64,000 nucleotides of DNA from Methanimicrococcus sp. (GTDB lineage Archaea; Halobacteriota; Methanosarcinia; Methanosarcinales; Methanosarcinaceae), in assembly GCA_034006575.1 (NCBI GenBank), contig JAVESN010000001.1, positions 6,233-70,232 of the forward strand, read 5' to 3'. Each line of letters opens with the position of its first letter. Position 1 is the first letter of the stretch. The notes under the pieces are model-generated. The model had not been told where the DNA came from, searched no databases, and saw nothing but the letters and a program-made list of their open reading frames with translations. Below, in pieces: positions 49,833-60,715 of the stretch. Made by a program: the position numbers and the translations under genes.

Positions 49833-51305
49833 TTATAATAGCGGCGAAATCAAACGGCAAAACCCTTCTTTAATTCGGACAACCAAAGAGCGATTGTTGT
49901 ATTTTTCAACCGTTACCTGCTCGCAATCCGTTTCCAGCTCTTTTAATATGATTCGGTTCATTTGCTCTCCGAACTCTTTGTCATAAATAAAAGCGTTGGT
50001 TTCAAAATTTAATTTAAAACTTCGAATATCCCAATTGGCGGTTCCGATTGTCGTCGCTTCTCCGTCAAAAACGGCCGTTTTGCTGTGAATAAATCCGTGC
50101 TCGTACGTATATCCTTTTGCGCCGAGCCGAATCAAATCCCCCAAATACGAATAAGACGCCCAATACACAAACGGATGGTCCGGCTTATTCGGAATGATGA
50201 TTCGAACGTCTATTCCGGACAAGCAGGCGACTCGAAGCGCCTCGAAAATACTTTGATCCGGAATGAAATACGGGGTTTGAATGTAAATGGATTTTTTGGC
50301 GTGCCCGATTAAGCTTAAAAAACCGCTGTAAATGGCAGCACCCGGTGTGTCCGGTCCGGAAGAGGCGATTTGAACGGCTTTTCCTTCTCTTGGGGTGATT
50401 ATTTTATCGGAATAGTATGTCGTATCGTCTTTGATTCTTTTTTCTTTGGCGGCGTAATTCCAATCCAATATGAATCGGCGCTGAAGGCCGGCAACGCCGC
50501 CGCCGCAAATTTTTAAATGCGTGTCGCGCCAATACCCAAGCGGTCCTTTTCCCAGGTATTCCGCTCCGATGTTAAAGCCGCCGATAAATCCGACTTCTCC
50601 GTCCACCACCAATATTTTTCGGTGATTTCGATAATTGATGCGTGTGTTAATGAAAGGAACCAAGAGGGGAAACGCGATTTGAACGTCACCGCCGTTTTTT
50701 TTAACTTTTTTGTAAAAAGAGGACGGAACTTTATGAACGCCGACGGCGTCAAACAAAAGTCTGACTTTAACGCCGGACGCCGCTTTTTCGGCCAGCAAAT
50801 CCATGATCTCTTTTCCAAGCGCATCGTTTCGGATGATGTAATATTCCATATGAATGTGTTTTTTCGCGTTTTGAATCGCTTCTTTCATGGCTTTGAATTT
50901 ATCTTCTCCGCGAATGTAAACCTCAATTTCGTTATTGCCGGTATATATCGCTTGATCTTGATTCAAAAGAAGCGTAATGGTCGGCTCAAACATTTCTTCG
51001 GGCACTGTTTTTAAGTCTTTTTTTCCCAGTGACGCCAACTGACGGAATGAAAATTTTTCAAACTCTTTATCCGCTTCCAATTTTTTTCCGTATTTGTATT
51101 TTCCGTAAAGGTGCCGCCCGAAAAAAATATAGACGATGAATCCGACGACCGGAAGAAAAACCAGCAAAAGAATCCAAGCGGCTGCCACTTGCGGACTTCG
51201 GCGCTCATAAAATACAATGACAAGCGCCGCAATCAAATTTGTCAAAACGACAATCGCCCAAAGAAAAAAGTACACGTTTTGAATAACCATGCCACCGATT
51301 GCCAC
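49833..51305 (-). CDS. cls: Cardiolipin synthase
   Basis: N-terminal TM pair, two HKD motifs (NHRKILVVDG, HSKTAVFDG), WRDTHL, TPYFIPD, RSFKLNFE. Confidence 0.95.
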   Translation of the reverse strand: MAIGGMVIQNVYFFLWAIVVLTNLIAALVIVFYERRSPQVAAAWILLLVFLPVVGFIVYIFFGRHLYGKYKYGKKLEADKEFEKFSFRQLASLGKKDLKTVPEEMFEPTITLLLNQDQAIYTGNNEIEVYIRGEDKFKAMKEAIQNAKKHIHMEYYIIRNDALGKEIMDLLAEKAASGVKVRLLFDAVGVHKVPSSFYKKVKKNGGDVQIAFPLLVPFINTRINYRNHRKILVVDGEVGFIGGFNIGAEYLGKGPLGYWRDTHLKICGGGVAGLQRRFILDWNYAAKEKRIKDDTTYYSDKIITPREGKAVQIASSGPDTPGAAIYSGFLSLIGHAKKSIYIQTPYFIPDQSIFEALRVACLSGIDVRIIIPNKPDHPFVYWASYSYLGDLIRLGAKGYTYEHGFIHSKTAVFDGEATTIGTANWDIRSFKLNFETNAFIYDKEFGEQMNRIILKELETDCEQVTVEKYNNRSLVVRIKEGFCRLISPLL

Positions 51306-51504
51306 TTTTTTCCCTCTTTTATGTTTAGGCGGATTCCGCTTTAATGTTGCCTTCTTTTGTTTTTTATCATTTTATTTTTATTTTTTGTTCTTTTTTTTAT
51401 TTTTTTATTCAAATTTATAAGAAGACAAACGCTCTGTTAATTTTAAGAGTTTATGCCGTTTCGGTTGATTTCGGTCCGTAAACGAAATTATTTTCATCCG
51501 TCGT

Positions 51505-51600
51505 CAAATTTTTTCCTTTAAAAAATGAAATCTTTTCATCAATCAAATTTTTTCCTTTAAAAAATGAAATCTTTTCATCAATCAAATTTTTTCCTTTAAA
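51505..51600. repeat. 39-bp tandem repeat x2.5
   Basis: tcaaattttttcctttaaaaaatgaaatcttttcatcaa. Confidence 0.8.
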
Positions 51601-51703
51601 GAGTCAATTTTTTCCCGTCAACTCAAACTCTTTCCTTTAAATGGAGTCCATCCTTTCTTTTAAAAAATTAAAAAAAGAAAACCGTTTTGTTCAACGGTTT
51701 ATT

Positions 51704-52474
51704 TTATTCTTTATCCATCAAACCGATTCGTTTCAAACGGCGATTGATTTTGTCAGCCGCTTCTTTTTCGGCATCCGCTTTTGTTCTTCCGGTTCCTTTG
51801 CAGGAAATGGTTGTTTTAAGCGCGGTAATTTCTTTGGGAAGCGTGAATCCCATGATAAACGTTTTATCATGCGGCGGGCCTTCTTCTAAAATCAGTTCCG
51901 GTTCGGGGCGAAATCCTTTGTAGTGTTGTTGGCAAAACTCATAAAGTTTGACTTTGGGAGAAACCAAGGATTTGAGAGATTTATCCGTTTCTTTTTTATC
52001 GATGATGAATTGCCGGACAAAAGTTTCTGTCGGTTTTAGCCCCCCGTCTAAATATATCGCGCCGACGACGGCTTCTAAGAAGGTTGAGTTCATCTTCTTC
52101 GATTTTTCAAAAACGCATCTTTCAATGATTAAATAATCGTCCCACTCGTTTTTCTTTATAATATTTTCCAATTTTTCATCGCAGACCAAAAGAGATCTCA
52201 AATTGGTCAGTTGTCCCCGTTCCAATTCCGTATAATTCTTAAACAAAAATTCCGAGACGATAAAATCTAAGATCGCGTCACCGAAAAAAGCGTTTTTTTT
52301 GTTGGCGGACTGAGTTCGCGATTCTTGCAATAAGGAAATATCATTGAATGAGTAACCGATTTCCGTTTCAAATTCCGTCAGCATGTCCGACGAATCATTT
52401 CGTCTCGTATCTTCTTCTGTTTCTTGTCGAGGGTCTTTGGGATACACGCCGTCTTCCTTTTTATCCTCCATCAT
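51704..52474 (-). CDS. rnc: Ribonuclease III family protein (RNase III domain plus dsRBD) with altered signature
   Basis: IGYSFND..LL, FGDAILDFIVSE.LF, G.LT.LRS.LV, EAVVGAIYLDGG, PK..L.E, GPPHDK.F, G.G.TK.DAE..AA. Confidence 0.85.
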   Translation of the reverse strand: MMEDKKEDGVYPKDPRQETEEDTRRNDSSDMLTEFETEIGYSFNDISLLQESRTQSANKKNAFFGDAILDFIVSEFLFKNYTELERGQLTNLRSLLVCDEKLENIIKKNEWDDYLIIERCVFEKSKKMNSTFLEAVVGAIYLDGGLKPTETFVRQFIIDKKETDKSLKSLVSPKVKLYEFCQQHYKGFRPEPELILEEGPPHDKTFIMGFTLPKEITALKTTISCKGTGRTKADAEKEAADKINRRLKRIGLMDKE

Positions 52475-52823
52475 ATCCTCAACTCCTCTCGTTTTTTACG
52501 GCGGGTTTTTCATTTTTCTTCCGCCGTTTTTTGTCTTCCCATCTAATACTTTTATCGGTTAATAATACTCTGTCCGTAACTTATTTTTAAAAATTCACAA
52601 CATCTTTATGATTATTCATGATATATATTAGGACATTCGTGTTCTTAATATTTTCTATTATATCTTTTTATGTTTTATATATTGCTGTAAATTTATTCCG
52701 CGTTAAATTTGCCTTGCCGAATACTTTCTTTTTTATTGGCCGTGCCCTTTTAAGAATTAACCTTTATATACTAATTCATTACATATTGCATAATTATTGT
52801 TATGATATTTGTCGAGAATTGTT

Positions 52824-53642
52824 ATGCGCGAATTCTTTCATCAGACTTACAGTATAATTTTAGAACGACTCCGGTACGCGGAAACGAAAAACACAATCTT
52901 ATTGACAATTTTGGGCGTTTTGGTTATCGGTTCCTTTCGTATTTACAATGAAACCCCGTATAGACCGTTAGTAGCCACTATTTATTTTTGGATTTTTCTT
53001 GTCTTTTCCTTTTTGGCGATGGTGACGGTATTGACATCGTTTATGCCAAACATCAAGCTTCAATATTTGTATAAGACAAAAGATCCGCTTCCCACGGACA
53101 GTTTGATTTATTACGAGCATATCGCCAAATTTGACGACGCAAAACAATACGTTTCCGCCGTCAACAAAGTTTATTTCAATAACGAAGGCGTTCCGACAAA
53201 TCTGGATTACGACTTGGCCGCTCAAATTATATTAAACTCCAGATCCACTTACAGAAAATCCGTCATCTCCTACTACGCCATCGTCTTAACGATTTGCTCT
53301 TTATTAACGCCTGTTGTCGGCGGCGTTTATCTGTTTTTCTCCACTTATTTCTATTGGAGTTCGGAAAGCGGCCGAACAAGGCTGAAATTCGGAAGACGAA
53401 AACAAAAGAAAGAAGAAATCAAAGAAATTCGAAACAATCCGTTTCAAGAAATCAGCCGCCGTCTTCATCGTCCGTATTCCTCCAAAAATTTTCGAAAAAT
53501 AACTCCCGTTGAAAATCTCGAAAATCCGGGAGGCCCTGAAAATCCGAAACACGTTGAAAATGCGGGAAGTGTCGAAAATCCGAAACACGTTGAAAATGCG
53601 GGAAGTGTCGAAAATCCGAAACACGTTGAAAATATGAAATGA
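52824..53642 (+). CDS. Pycsar-effector-family (PycTM/DUF5706-like) membrane protein with repeat tail
   Basis: YAETKN..LL TM1, TM2 ending SF.P, SLIYY.HIA, DLAAQI..NS....RK then TM3; C-terminal (ENAGSVENPKHV)n. Confidence 0.75.
   Translation: MREFFHQTYSIILERLRYAETKNTILLTILGVLVIGSFRIYNETPYRPLVATIYFWIFLVFSFLAMVTVLTSFMPNIKLQYLYKTKDPLPTDSLIYYEHIAKFDDAKQYVSAVNKVYFNNEGVPTNLDYDLAAQIILNSRSTYRKSVISYYAIVLTICSLLTPVVGGVYLFFSTYFYWSSESGRTRLKFGRRKQKKEEIKEIRNNPFQEISRRLHRPYSSKNFRKITPVENLENPGGPENPKHVENAGSVENPKHVENAGSVENPKHVENMK
53509..53635. repeat. In-frame 36-bp (18-bp subunit) repeats at the 3' end of the Pycsar-type gene
   Basis: gaaaatccgaaacacgtt-gaaaatgcgggaagtgtc repeated. Confidence 0.85.
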
Positions 53643-53863
53643 TTTAAAAATACGGGAAGCGCTGAAAACTCAAAATGCGTTGAAATCGTGGAATGAGTCG
53701 ATAAGAAAAATATTTCCAAAAAGTGCTGATTTCTCGGAAGTGGCGCCGAATAAGTAATAATAATAGAAAATATGTTGGATAACGGACCGGCAATGTGTTT
53801 GAATTCCATGTCACTCTTCAGGTCATGGAATCATGGACTTCTTGATTGAAAACGGGACGTGTT

Positions 53864-54146
53864 GAAAACCCGAATGTGTTAAAAAATCGGAATGAATTAA
53901 AAATACGGATATTCTGAAAATCCGAAACCTGTTGAAATATGGAATTCGCTGAAAACCTGAATGTGTTAAAAATTCGGAATGAATTAAAAATACGGATATT
54001 CTGAAAATCCGAAATATGCTGAAATACGGAATTCGTTAAAAACCCGAATGTGTTAAAAAATCGGAATGAATTAAAAATACGGATATGCTGAAAATCCGAA
54101 ACCTGCTGAAATACGGAATTCGCTGAAAACCCGAAACGCGTTGAAA
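53864..54146. repeat. Higher-order repeat: 87-bp unit x3.2, each made of five 17-18-bp related monomers
   Basis: Units start at 53864, 53951, 54038, 54125; monomers gaaaacccgaatgtgtt / aaaaaatcggaatgaatt / aaaaatacggatattct / gaaaatccgaaacctgtt / gaaatacggaattcgct. Confidence 0.9.
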
Positions 54147-54659
54147 TTAAAATGAAATCAGCCTTTTTTTGTTATTTTTCCTCGGTCTTTTTTGGGAATA
54201 CCTTTAAATATAATATGTCCTATTTCTCGTTCGTCTTACTTATTAACAAGACGGAGAAATCCGCTTGTCTAATATTAATCCGGTGAGAACTGTAGGAACA
54301 ACATAAGTGTCAGGGCCAATTCACGAATGCCCGATTTCCGTTTATTGGAAAAACACGAAAATGTTAGAATTAATATTTTTCGTTGTCGATGTTGTGGATG
54401 GATTAAATGAGATGCGTAACTGAAATCGTCATGAATCTGAGCGGACTTTGCTCTTTTTCGCCGATTTGTCCGTCTTATTATAGTTGATATCAGAGTGACT
54501 TTTTACGGGGGCCGAGGAAAAATTGCCGCCCAAATCACTTTTATTGACTGTTTTACGGCTTAACGAATCGCGGTTTTTAGGTTTTAATCTTCTTCCATAG
54601 CTTCTGACCTGTTGTCTGAACTCCCGGTATTTCGACAGTATAACCAAAGGAGTCAAAAA

Positions 54660-55673
54660 ATGTCAAGCATACACAGACCCGTCAGAGGTTCCAGAGCTTA
54701 CAGCCCTCGAAAGAGAGCAAAAAGCCATATCCCCAGATTCAGATCCTGGCCGGAAGCCTCGGGCGAACCTAAATTACAGGCATTTGCAGGATACAAAGCA
54801 GGTATGACTCATGTCATTATGGTGGATGACATCAAAAACAGTCTTACCAACGGCGCGGAAATTTCAGTTCCGGTAACGATTATTGAAACGCCCGCCATTC
54901 GAATCGCTGCGATTCGCGCCTATGTAAAAAACACATTCGGTGAAGTTGCCGCCGCAGAAGCCTGGACAACAACGCTTGAGCCGGAATTGGAGCGCAGATT
55001 GCGTGTCCCCAAATCCGACAAAACAGCGGAAGCATTTGCAAAAATTGAAAAATTAATTGCAAACGGCGAAGTGACCGACATTCGTGTCATCACGTACACG
55101 CAACCCAAGGCCATCGCAAGCGTTCCCAAAAAAGTTCCCGACGTCATGGAAACAGGAATCAGCGGAACCGACATGAGCGCAAAATTCGAGTACGCCAAGT
55201 CTATTCTCGGCACGGAAATCAAATTCACCGACGTCTTTAAAAACGGCGCCATCGTCGACACGGCCGCCATTACGACCGGTAAAGGAACTCAAGGTCCCGT
55301 TAAAAGATGGGGCATCTCCTTGATGAAAGGAAAACACTCCCGTCAAGGCAGCTTGAGACAGGTCGGCACACTCGGTCCGTTCCGTCCGGCACACGTTCAG
55401 TGGCAGGTCCCCGCAATGGGTCAAACCGGTTACCACCAAAGAACCGAATACAACAAACGCATTTTAAAAATCGGCGAAAACGGCGCGGAAGTCACACCCG
55501 CAGGCGGCATCGTCAACTACGGTCTTGTCAGCGGCGAATACATCCTCATCAAAGGAAGCGTCCCCGGACCGTCCAAACGATTAATCCGCATCCGAGACCC
55601 GATCCGATTCAACAAAGCACAGCCCGGCGAACCGCAAATCGTTCATGTCAGCGTGCAGTCTCAGCAGGGGTGA
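54660..55673 (+). CDS. rpl3: 50S ribosomal protein L3
   Basis: [42 protein letters not shown]. Confidence 0.98.
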   Translation: MSSIHRPVRGSRAYSPRKRAKSHIPRFRSWPEASGEPKLQAFAGYKAGMTHVIMVDDIKNSLTNGAEISVPVTIIETPAIRIAAIRAYVKNTFGEVAAAEAWTTTLEPELERRLRVPKSDKTAEAFAKIEKLIANGEVTDIRVITYTQPKAIASVPKKVPDVMETGISGTDMSAKFEYAKSILGTEIKFTDVFKNGAIVDTAAITTGKGTQGPVKRWGISLMKGKHSRQGSLRQVGTLGPFRPAHVQWQVPAMGQTGYHQRTEYNKRILKIGENGAEVTPAGGIVNYGLVSGEYILIKGSVPGPSKRLIRIRDPIRFNKAQPGEPQIVHVSVQSQQG

Positions 55674-55679
55674 AATAAA

Positions 55680-56453
55680 ATGGCAACAGCAAAAATTTTA
55701 GATTTATCCGGCAACCCGGTCGGCGAAGTCGAACTTCCAATCGTTTTTTCGGAAGATTACCGCCCCGACCTGATTAAAAAAGCCGTTTTGGCCGCTCAAG
55801 CCAACAGAAGACACCCGTACGGCCCGACGCTCTATTCCGGTATGCAGACCTCTGCGACAGGATGGGGTTCCGGTCGCGGCGCTTCTCACGTTCCGAGAAT
55901 CGTCAATGGCTCTCGCGCCGCACGTATCCCCCACGCAAAAGGAGGACGCCGCGCGCACCCGCCAAAACCCGAAACGGATTACTCCGAAAAAGTCAACAAA
56001 AAGGAAAGGCGCATGGCTGTCCGGTCCGCGATTGCGGCAACCTGCAGCGAAGATCTCGTCATCTCACGCGGCCACATCTTCCTGACCGAAGAACTTCCGA
56101 TTGTTGCCGACAACGCTTTTGAAGCACTTTCCAAAACAAAAGATGTCGTTTCTTTCTTTGAAGCCATCGGCGTTTACGAAGACGTCGTCCGCGCAAAAGA
56201 AGGCCGAAACATTCGTGCCGGCCGCGGTAAAATGAGAGGAAGAAAATACAAGAACAAAAAGAGTCTCTTGGTCGTCACAGGTCAAAACGCAGCCGTTTCC
56301 AAAGCCGCAAGAAACTTATCCGGTGTCGATATCGCAACCGTTGCGGAACTCAACGCCGAGCTTCTCGCGCCCGGAACGCACGCCGGCCGTTTAACGGTTT
56401 GGACCAAAGCCGCCATTGAGGAATTGACGCAAAAGGAAGGTGTTTTGGAATGA
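55680..56453 (+). CDS. rpl4: 50S ribosomal protein L4
   Basis: [31 protein letters not shown]. Confidence 0.98.
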   Translation: MATAKILDLSGNPVGEVELPIVFSEDYRPDLIKKAVLAAQANRRHPYGPTLYSGMQTSATGWGSGRGASHVPRIVNGSRAARIPHAKGGRRAHPPKPETDYSEKVNKKERRMAVRSAIAATCSEDLVISRGHIFLTEELPIVADNAFEALSKTKDVVSFFEAIGVYEDVVRAKEGRNIRAGRGKMRGRKYKNKKSLLVVTGQNAAVSKAARNLSGVDIATVAELNAELLAPGTHAGRLTVWTKAAIEELTQKEGVLE

Positions 56454-56698
56454 TGTCCGTAAAATATCCGTTCATTACAGAAAAGGCCATGCTCCACATG
56501 GAAAACAGTAAGCTCCAAGTCATCGTCGATTTCCGTGCCAACAAGCACCAAATCAGAGCCGACATCGAAGAGCTTTATGGTTTTAAGGTGACGAATGTCA
56601 GAACCATGACCACCATGAAAGGGCAGAAAAAAGCAATCATTACTTTCGAAAAGCCGGATGCTGCAAGCGAAATCGCAACCAGGCTCGGATTGGCATAA
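56450..56698 (+). CDS. rpl23: 50S ribosomal protein L23
   Basis: P.ITEKA, KKAIIT, IATRLG. Confidence 0.97.
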   Translation: MMSVKYPFITEKAMLHMENSKLQVIVDFRANKHQIRADIEELYGFKVTNVRTMTTMKGQKKAIITFEKPDAASEIATRLGLA

Positions 56699-56708
56699 GG
56701 TGGTATAA

Positions 56709-57425
56709 ATGGGTAAACGAATTATCGCACAGAGAAGAGGTAAAGGCAGCCCGATCTTCCGCGCCCCTTCTCACAAATTTAAAGCAGAATTAATGCATCC
56801 CGAAACGGAAGCCGGAGCAACTTTAAACGGCACCGTTATCGATGTCGAACACGACCCGGCAAGAGCGGCTCCCATTATTAAAGTCTTCTTTGATAACGGG
56901 CACTCTCAGCTTCTCATGGCTTGCGAGGGCGTCGCCGTCGGACAAACCGTTTCCTGCGGACCGGATGCCGAAATAAAAGCCGGAAACATTCTTCCGCTCG
57001 GAAAAATTCCGGAAGGAGTTTTAATTTGCAATGTGGAAGGAAAACCCGGAGACGGCGGAAAATTCACCCGATCTTCGGGAACTTACGCAACCGTTGTTTC
57101 TCACGAAGAGAAAAGAACCTCCATTCAAATGCCCTCGGGTGTTTTGAAATGGTTCAACCCCGAATGCCGCGCATTAATCGGGGTGGTCGCGGGCGGAGGG
57201 CGTATTGAAAAACCGTTCCTTAAAGCCGGTAAAAAATTCCACAAAATGAACGTTCGTGCAACAAGATTCCCGCGTGTCAGAGGTGTCGCTATGAACCCCA
57301 GAGACCATCCGTTTGGCGGAGGTAACACACAGCACCCCTGCCGTTCGACAACCGTCAGCAGAAACGCACCCCCGGGAGCCAAAGTCGGTCACATTGCCGC
57401 ACGCAGAACCGGAAAGAAACGTTAA
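56709..57425 (+). CDS. rpl2: 50S ribosomal protein L2
   Basis: [23 protein letters not shown]. Confidence 0.98.
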   Translation: MGKRIIAQRRGKGSPIFRAPSHKFKAELMHPETEAGATLNGTVIDVEHDPARAAPIIKVFFDNGHSQLLMACEGVAVGQTVSCGPDAEIKAGNILPLGKIPEGVLICNVEGKPGDGGKFTRSSGTYATVVSHEEKRTSIQMPSGVLKWFNPECRALIGVVAGGGRIEKPFLKAGKKFHKMNVRATRFPRVRGVAMNPRDHPFGGGNTQHPCRSTTVSRNAPPGAKVGHIAARRTGKKR

Positions 57426-57434
57426 GGTGATATC

Positions 57435-57863
57435 ATGGCAGTTAAAAAAGCAGGCGCTACCAAAGGCGCATCCAGATTACCAAAGCGTAAGGGTGAGTTT
57501 ACTTACCGCGGAAAAACAATCGCTGAGCTTCAAGCTTTAAGCATTGACGAATTCGCAGAACTTCTCCCTTCACGCGAGAGAAGAACAATTAAAAGAGGTT
57601 TCTCAGAAGTCCAAAAGAAAGCCCTTGCGGACATGAGAGAAGGAAAAGATGTCAGAACCCACACACGCGGTATGATTATTTTGCCGGAAATGGTCGGCCA
57701 GACAATTTCTGTCTACAACGGCAAAAAATTCGTCGACATCGAAATCCAGCCGGAAATGGTGGCTCATCGCTTCGGTGAGTTCGCTCCGACAAGAAACAGA
57801 GTTTCCCACGGCAGTGCCGGTGTCGGCGCAACCCGTTCCAGTAAATTCGTTCCGTTGAAATGA
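57435..57863 (+). CDS. rps19: 30S ribosomal protein S19
   Basis: [25 protein letters not shown]. Confidence 0.98.
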   Translation: MAVKKAGATKGASRLPKRKGEFTYRGKTIAELQALSIDEFAELLPSRERRTIKRGFSEVQKKALADMREGKDVRTHTRGMIILPEMVGQTISVYNGKKFVDIEIQPEMVAHRFGEFAPTRNRVSHGSAGVGATRSSKFVPLK

Positions 57864-57872
57864 GGTGTAATA

Positions 57873-58325
57873 ATGGGAAGACTTAACTATGCAGTAACAG
57901 CCGATCCGGAGACATCCTCAAAAGCAACGGCTTCCGAACTTCACATCTCTTTTAAGAAAACAAGAGAGATTTGCCATTTCATCCAGGGAATGAAATTGCC
58001 GCAAGCGCAATCCTTTTTAAACGATGTCGCGGACATGAAAAAAGCCGTTCCGTTTAAAAGGCATACCGACGGCGCCGGCCACAAAAAAGGCATGGCCGCC
58101 GGCCGATATCCCGTCAACGCTTCGGTGGAAGTGTTGAAAGTTTTGAAGAATGCGGAAAGCAACGCCGAGTACAAAGGACTTGAACCCTCTCGCATGTATG
58201 TCAAAAGCATTCGCGCCAACCGAGGACGAGTCATTCGCGGATATTCTCCCAGAGCTCGCGGACGCGCCTCTCCGAAAAACACCACCACGGTGAATATTGA
58301 AATCATTTTAAGCGAGGTGCTCTAA
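57873..58325 (+). CDS. rpl22: 50S ribosomal protein L22
   Basis: [25 protein letters not shown]. Confidence 0.97.
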   Translation: MGRLNYAVTADPETSSKATASELHISFKKTREICHFIQGMKLPQAQSFLNDVADMKKAVPFKRHTDGAGHKKGMAAGRYPVNASVEVLKVLKNAESNAEYKGLEPSRMYVKSIRANRGRVIRGYSPRARGRASPKNTTTVNIEIILSEVL

Positions 58326-58326
58326 T

Positions 58327-59286
58327 ATGGCAGTTGAGAAAAAATTCGTAAAAGACGGGTATACCAAAGCTTCTTTGGATGAACACTTCGCAAAGCAGCT
58401 CGGCAGATCCGGCTACGGCGGAATGAACATGAGCCGAACGCCGCTGGGGACTCAGATTACCATTTACTCCGAAAAACCGGGTATGGTCATCGGTAAAGCC
58501 GGCAAGGTGATTCGCAAATTAACGCAGGACGTCGTCGATATCTATGGTGTCGACAACCCCCAAATTGACGCTCAGGAAGTTAAAAAATCCGAGCTCAATG
58601 CACAGATTATGGCCAACCGTTTGGCTTCCTCAATTGAAAGAGGATGGTACTTCAGAAAAGCCGGTACCAACACCATCCGCGCAATCATGTCGGCGGGTGC
58701 TCTCGGCTGCGAAGTCATCATCTCCGGTAAATTGACAGGCGCTCGTGCCCGTACCGAGAAATTTATTGACGGATATGTGAAACACGCCGGTCATCCCGCA
58801 GACGAAATCGTCGACACGGGATACGCCGTTGCCGTCAAGAAGCTCGGAACACTCGGCTGCCGCGTAAAAATCGTTCAACCCGGTGCGGTTTTACCGGACA
58901 CTTTCAAAATCAAAGAAGGTGTCGTTGACGCTCCGGCCAAAGACGATTCAAAACCGGCCGCAGAAGACGCTTCCGAAACGGTCGTTGCGGAAACAAAAAC
59001 CGTTTCAGAAGAAGCGGCATGCGAGCCCGAAACTGTCGTGGTTGAAGAAGTGACCGTCACAACGGTCGTTGACAAAGAAGGCGAAATTATCGCTGCCGAA
59101 GTTGTTGAAACTGTTACGGAAGCGGAAGTTTGCATTGAATCAAACGCTGACTCTGAAGAAATCGTTGTGGAAGATTCCGAGATCAACGAAATCCGAAGAT
59201 TGGTGGATGATGTTTGGCAACACAAACACGACGAGTACGACTACTGGCATCCGATGGCGCGCGTTCACAAGGAGGCTAAGAAATAA
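58327..59286 (+). CDS. rps3: 30S ribosomal protein S3 with acidic C-terminal extension
   Basis: [24 protein letters not shown]. Confidence 0.97.
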   Translation: MAVEKKFVKDGYTKASLDEHFAKQLGRSGYGGMNMSRTPLGTQITIYSEKPGMVIGKAGKVIRKLTQDVVDIYGVDNPQIDAQEVKKSELNAQIMANRLASSIERGWYFRKAGTNTIRAIMSAGALGCEVIISGKLTGARARTEKFIDGYVKHAGHPADEIVDTGYAVAVKKLGTLGCRVKIVQPGAVLPDTFKIKEGVVDAPAKDDSKPAAEDASETVVAETKTVSEEAACEPETVVVEEVTVTTVVDKEGEIIAAEVVETVTEAEVCIESNADSEEIVVEDSEINEIRRLVDDVWQHKHDEYDYWHPMARVHKEAKK

Positions 59287-59492
59287 TGGCAATCTTAAGA
59301 ACAGGCGACATTCGCAAAATGTCGGCAGATGAAAGAATTGATGAAATCAAAAAGTTGAACGACGAGTTGATCCGCGAACGCGCTTTGACTTCCGCCGGCG
59401 GCGCTCCCGAAAATCCGGGACGCATCGGCGAAATCCGAAGAACAATCGCACGCATCAAAACGATTCAAGTTGAGATGAAAGATAATTCATAA
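59286..59492 (+). CDS. rpl29: 50S ribosomal protein L29
   Basis: [17 protein letters not shown]. Confidence 0.97.
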   Translation: MAILRTGDIRKMSADERIDEIKKLNDELIRERALTSAGGAPENPGRIGEIRRTIARIKTIQVEMKDNS

Positions 59493-59495
59493 CGA

Positions 59496-59972
59496 ATGAC
59501 ACAAATTGAGATCACACCTGCAGAACTCCCTTTTCATGAATGGATCGGGCTGTTTGTTAAGGTGGACAGTTCTTGCGACCCGACAATCAACGGTCTTTCC
59601 GGCTTCGTCATTGACGAAACCCGAAATACGATTCGAATTGAGACGGACATTTCGTCCCGTCTCAAAACCGATTCCAAAACCGACCCCGACGCCGATTTAA
59701 AATCCGACCCTGACGCCGATTTAAAATTCGATTCCGACATCGCTTTAAATTTCGACGTTCCGGTTGACTTTAAAGCGCATTTGCGTCTGAAATCGGCCGA
59801 ACCGTCGCGTTTTCGCGCGGTCACGGTTCCCAAAGCGGGGGCGGTGTTCGTATTTACGATTCCGGAAAGGATCTCTCAAACAGGCCGTCAAGTATCCGTA
59901 AAAATCGATGGAAACATCATGCTCTCACAACCCCAAAATCGGATAAAGAACTTAAAGAAATCAAAAATATGA
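59496..59972 (+). CDS. rnp1: RNase P protein component 1 (Rpp29/Pop4) with internal repeat insertion
   Basis: HEWIGL.V.V, G.VIDETRN, VPK...VFVF, IDG; operon position. Confidence 0.88.
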   Translation: MTQIEITPAELPFHEWIGLFVKVDSSCDPTINGLSGFVIDETRNTIRIETDISSRLKTDSKTDPDADLKSDPDADLKFDSDIALNFDVPVDFKAHLRLKSAEPSRFRAVTVPKAGAVFVFTIPERISQTGRQVSVKIDGNIMLSQPQNRIKNLKKSKI

Positions 59973-59982
59973 GGCTAAATTT

Positions 59983-60315
59983 ATGGCAAGAGATATTGGA
60001 TTAGACGTTCCGGAACCGTCCGCGGTTTGCGATGACGTTCACTGTCCGTTCCATGGAAAACTCCCCGTTCGAGGGCAAATCCTGGTCGGCACCGTCATCA
60101 GCACAAAGATGGACAAATCCGTCGTTATCGAAAGAAGTTACGAAAAAATCGTACCAAAGTATCAGAGATATGAAAAGCGCCGCACAATTATGCACGCCCA
60201 CAATCCGCATTGCTTAAACGCAAAAGTCGGAGACGTCGTCACGATTGCGGAGTGCCGTCCCATCAGCAAGACAAAGTCATTTGTCGTTGTCAAAGTCGAG
60301 GAGGTTAAAGAATGA
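59983..60315 (+). CDS. rps17: 30S ribosomal protein S17
   Basis: [27 protein letters not shown]. Confidence 0.98.
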   Translation: MARDIGLDVPEPSAVCDDVHCPFHGKLPVRGQILVGTVISTKMDKSVVIERSYEKIVPKYQRYEKRRTIMHAHNPHCLNAKVGDVVTIAECRPISKTKSFVVVKVEEVKE

Positions 60316-60710
60316 AAGCCATTCGCTCCAACATTCCCAGAGCTTTAAACGCCGGCGCGCGCATTGATTGCGTTGACAATACCGGCGCAAAAGTCCTTGA
60401 AATTATCTCCGTTAAAAAGTATCGCGGTGTCAAAAACAGATTCCCGCGCGCCGGTGTCGGCGACTTGTGCGTTGTTTCCGTTAAAAAGGGAACGCCCGAA
60501 ATGAGAAAACAGATTTTTCTCGCCGTCGTCGTCCGCCAAAAGAAGGAAATCAGAAGACCCGACGGGCTTCGCATTTGTTTTGAAGACAACGCGATGGTTC
60601 TTGTCGATGATTCCGGTGTTCCGAAAGGCACAGACATTAAAGGTCCGGTTGCCAGAGAAGTGGCTGAACGTTTCCCCAAAGTCGGGACAACCGCATCTAT
60701 TGTTGTCTGA
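60312..60710 (+). CDS. rpl14: 50S ribosomal protein L14
   Basis: [19 protein letters not shown]. Confidence 0.98.
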   Translation: MKAIRSNIPRALNAGARIDCVDNTGAKVLEIISVKKYRGVKNRFPRAGVGDLCVVSVKKGTPEMRKQIFLAVVVRQKKEIRRPDGLRICFEDNAMVLVDDSGVPKGTDIKGPVAREVAERFPKVGTTASIVV

Positions 60711-60715
60711 GGTGA

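Noticed and set aside
53864-54146. Possible CRISPR array or coding repeat
   Set aside because: No unique spacers; stops in all + frames; treated as a tandem higher-order repeat.
54385-54442. C/D box sRNA suggested by CTGA motifs
   Set aside because: No acceptable RUGAUGA box C at the right spacing.
58920-59286. Long acidic C-terminal tail on ribosomal protein S3 ending WQHKH..YDYWHP
   Set aside because: As I recall, this extension is a normal feature of Methanosarcinales S3.
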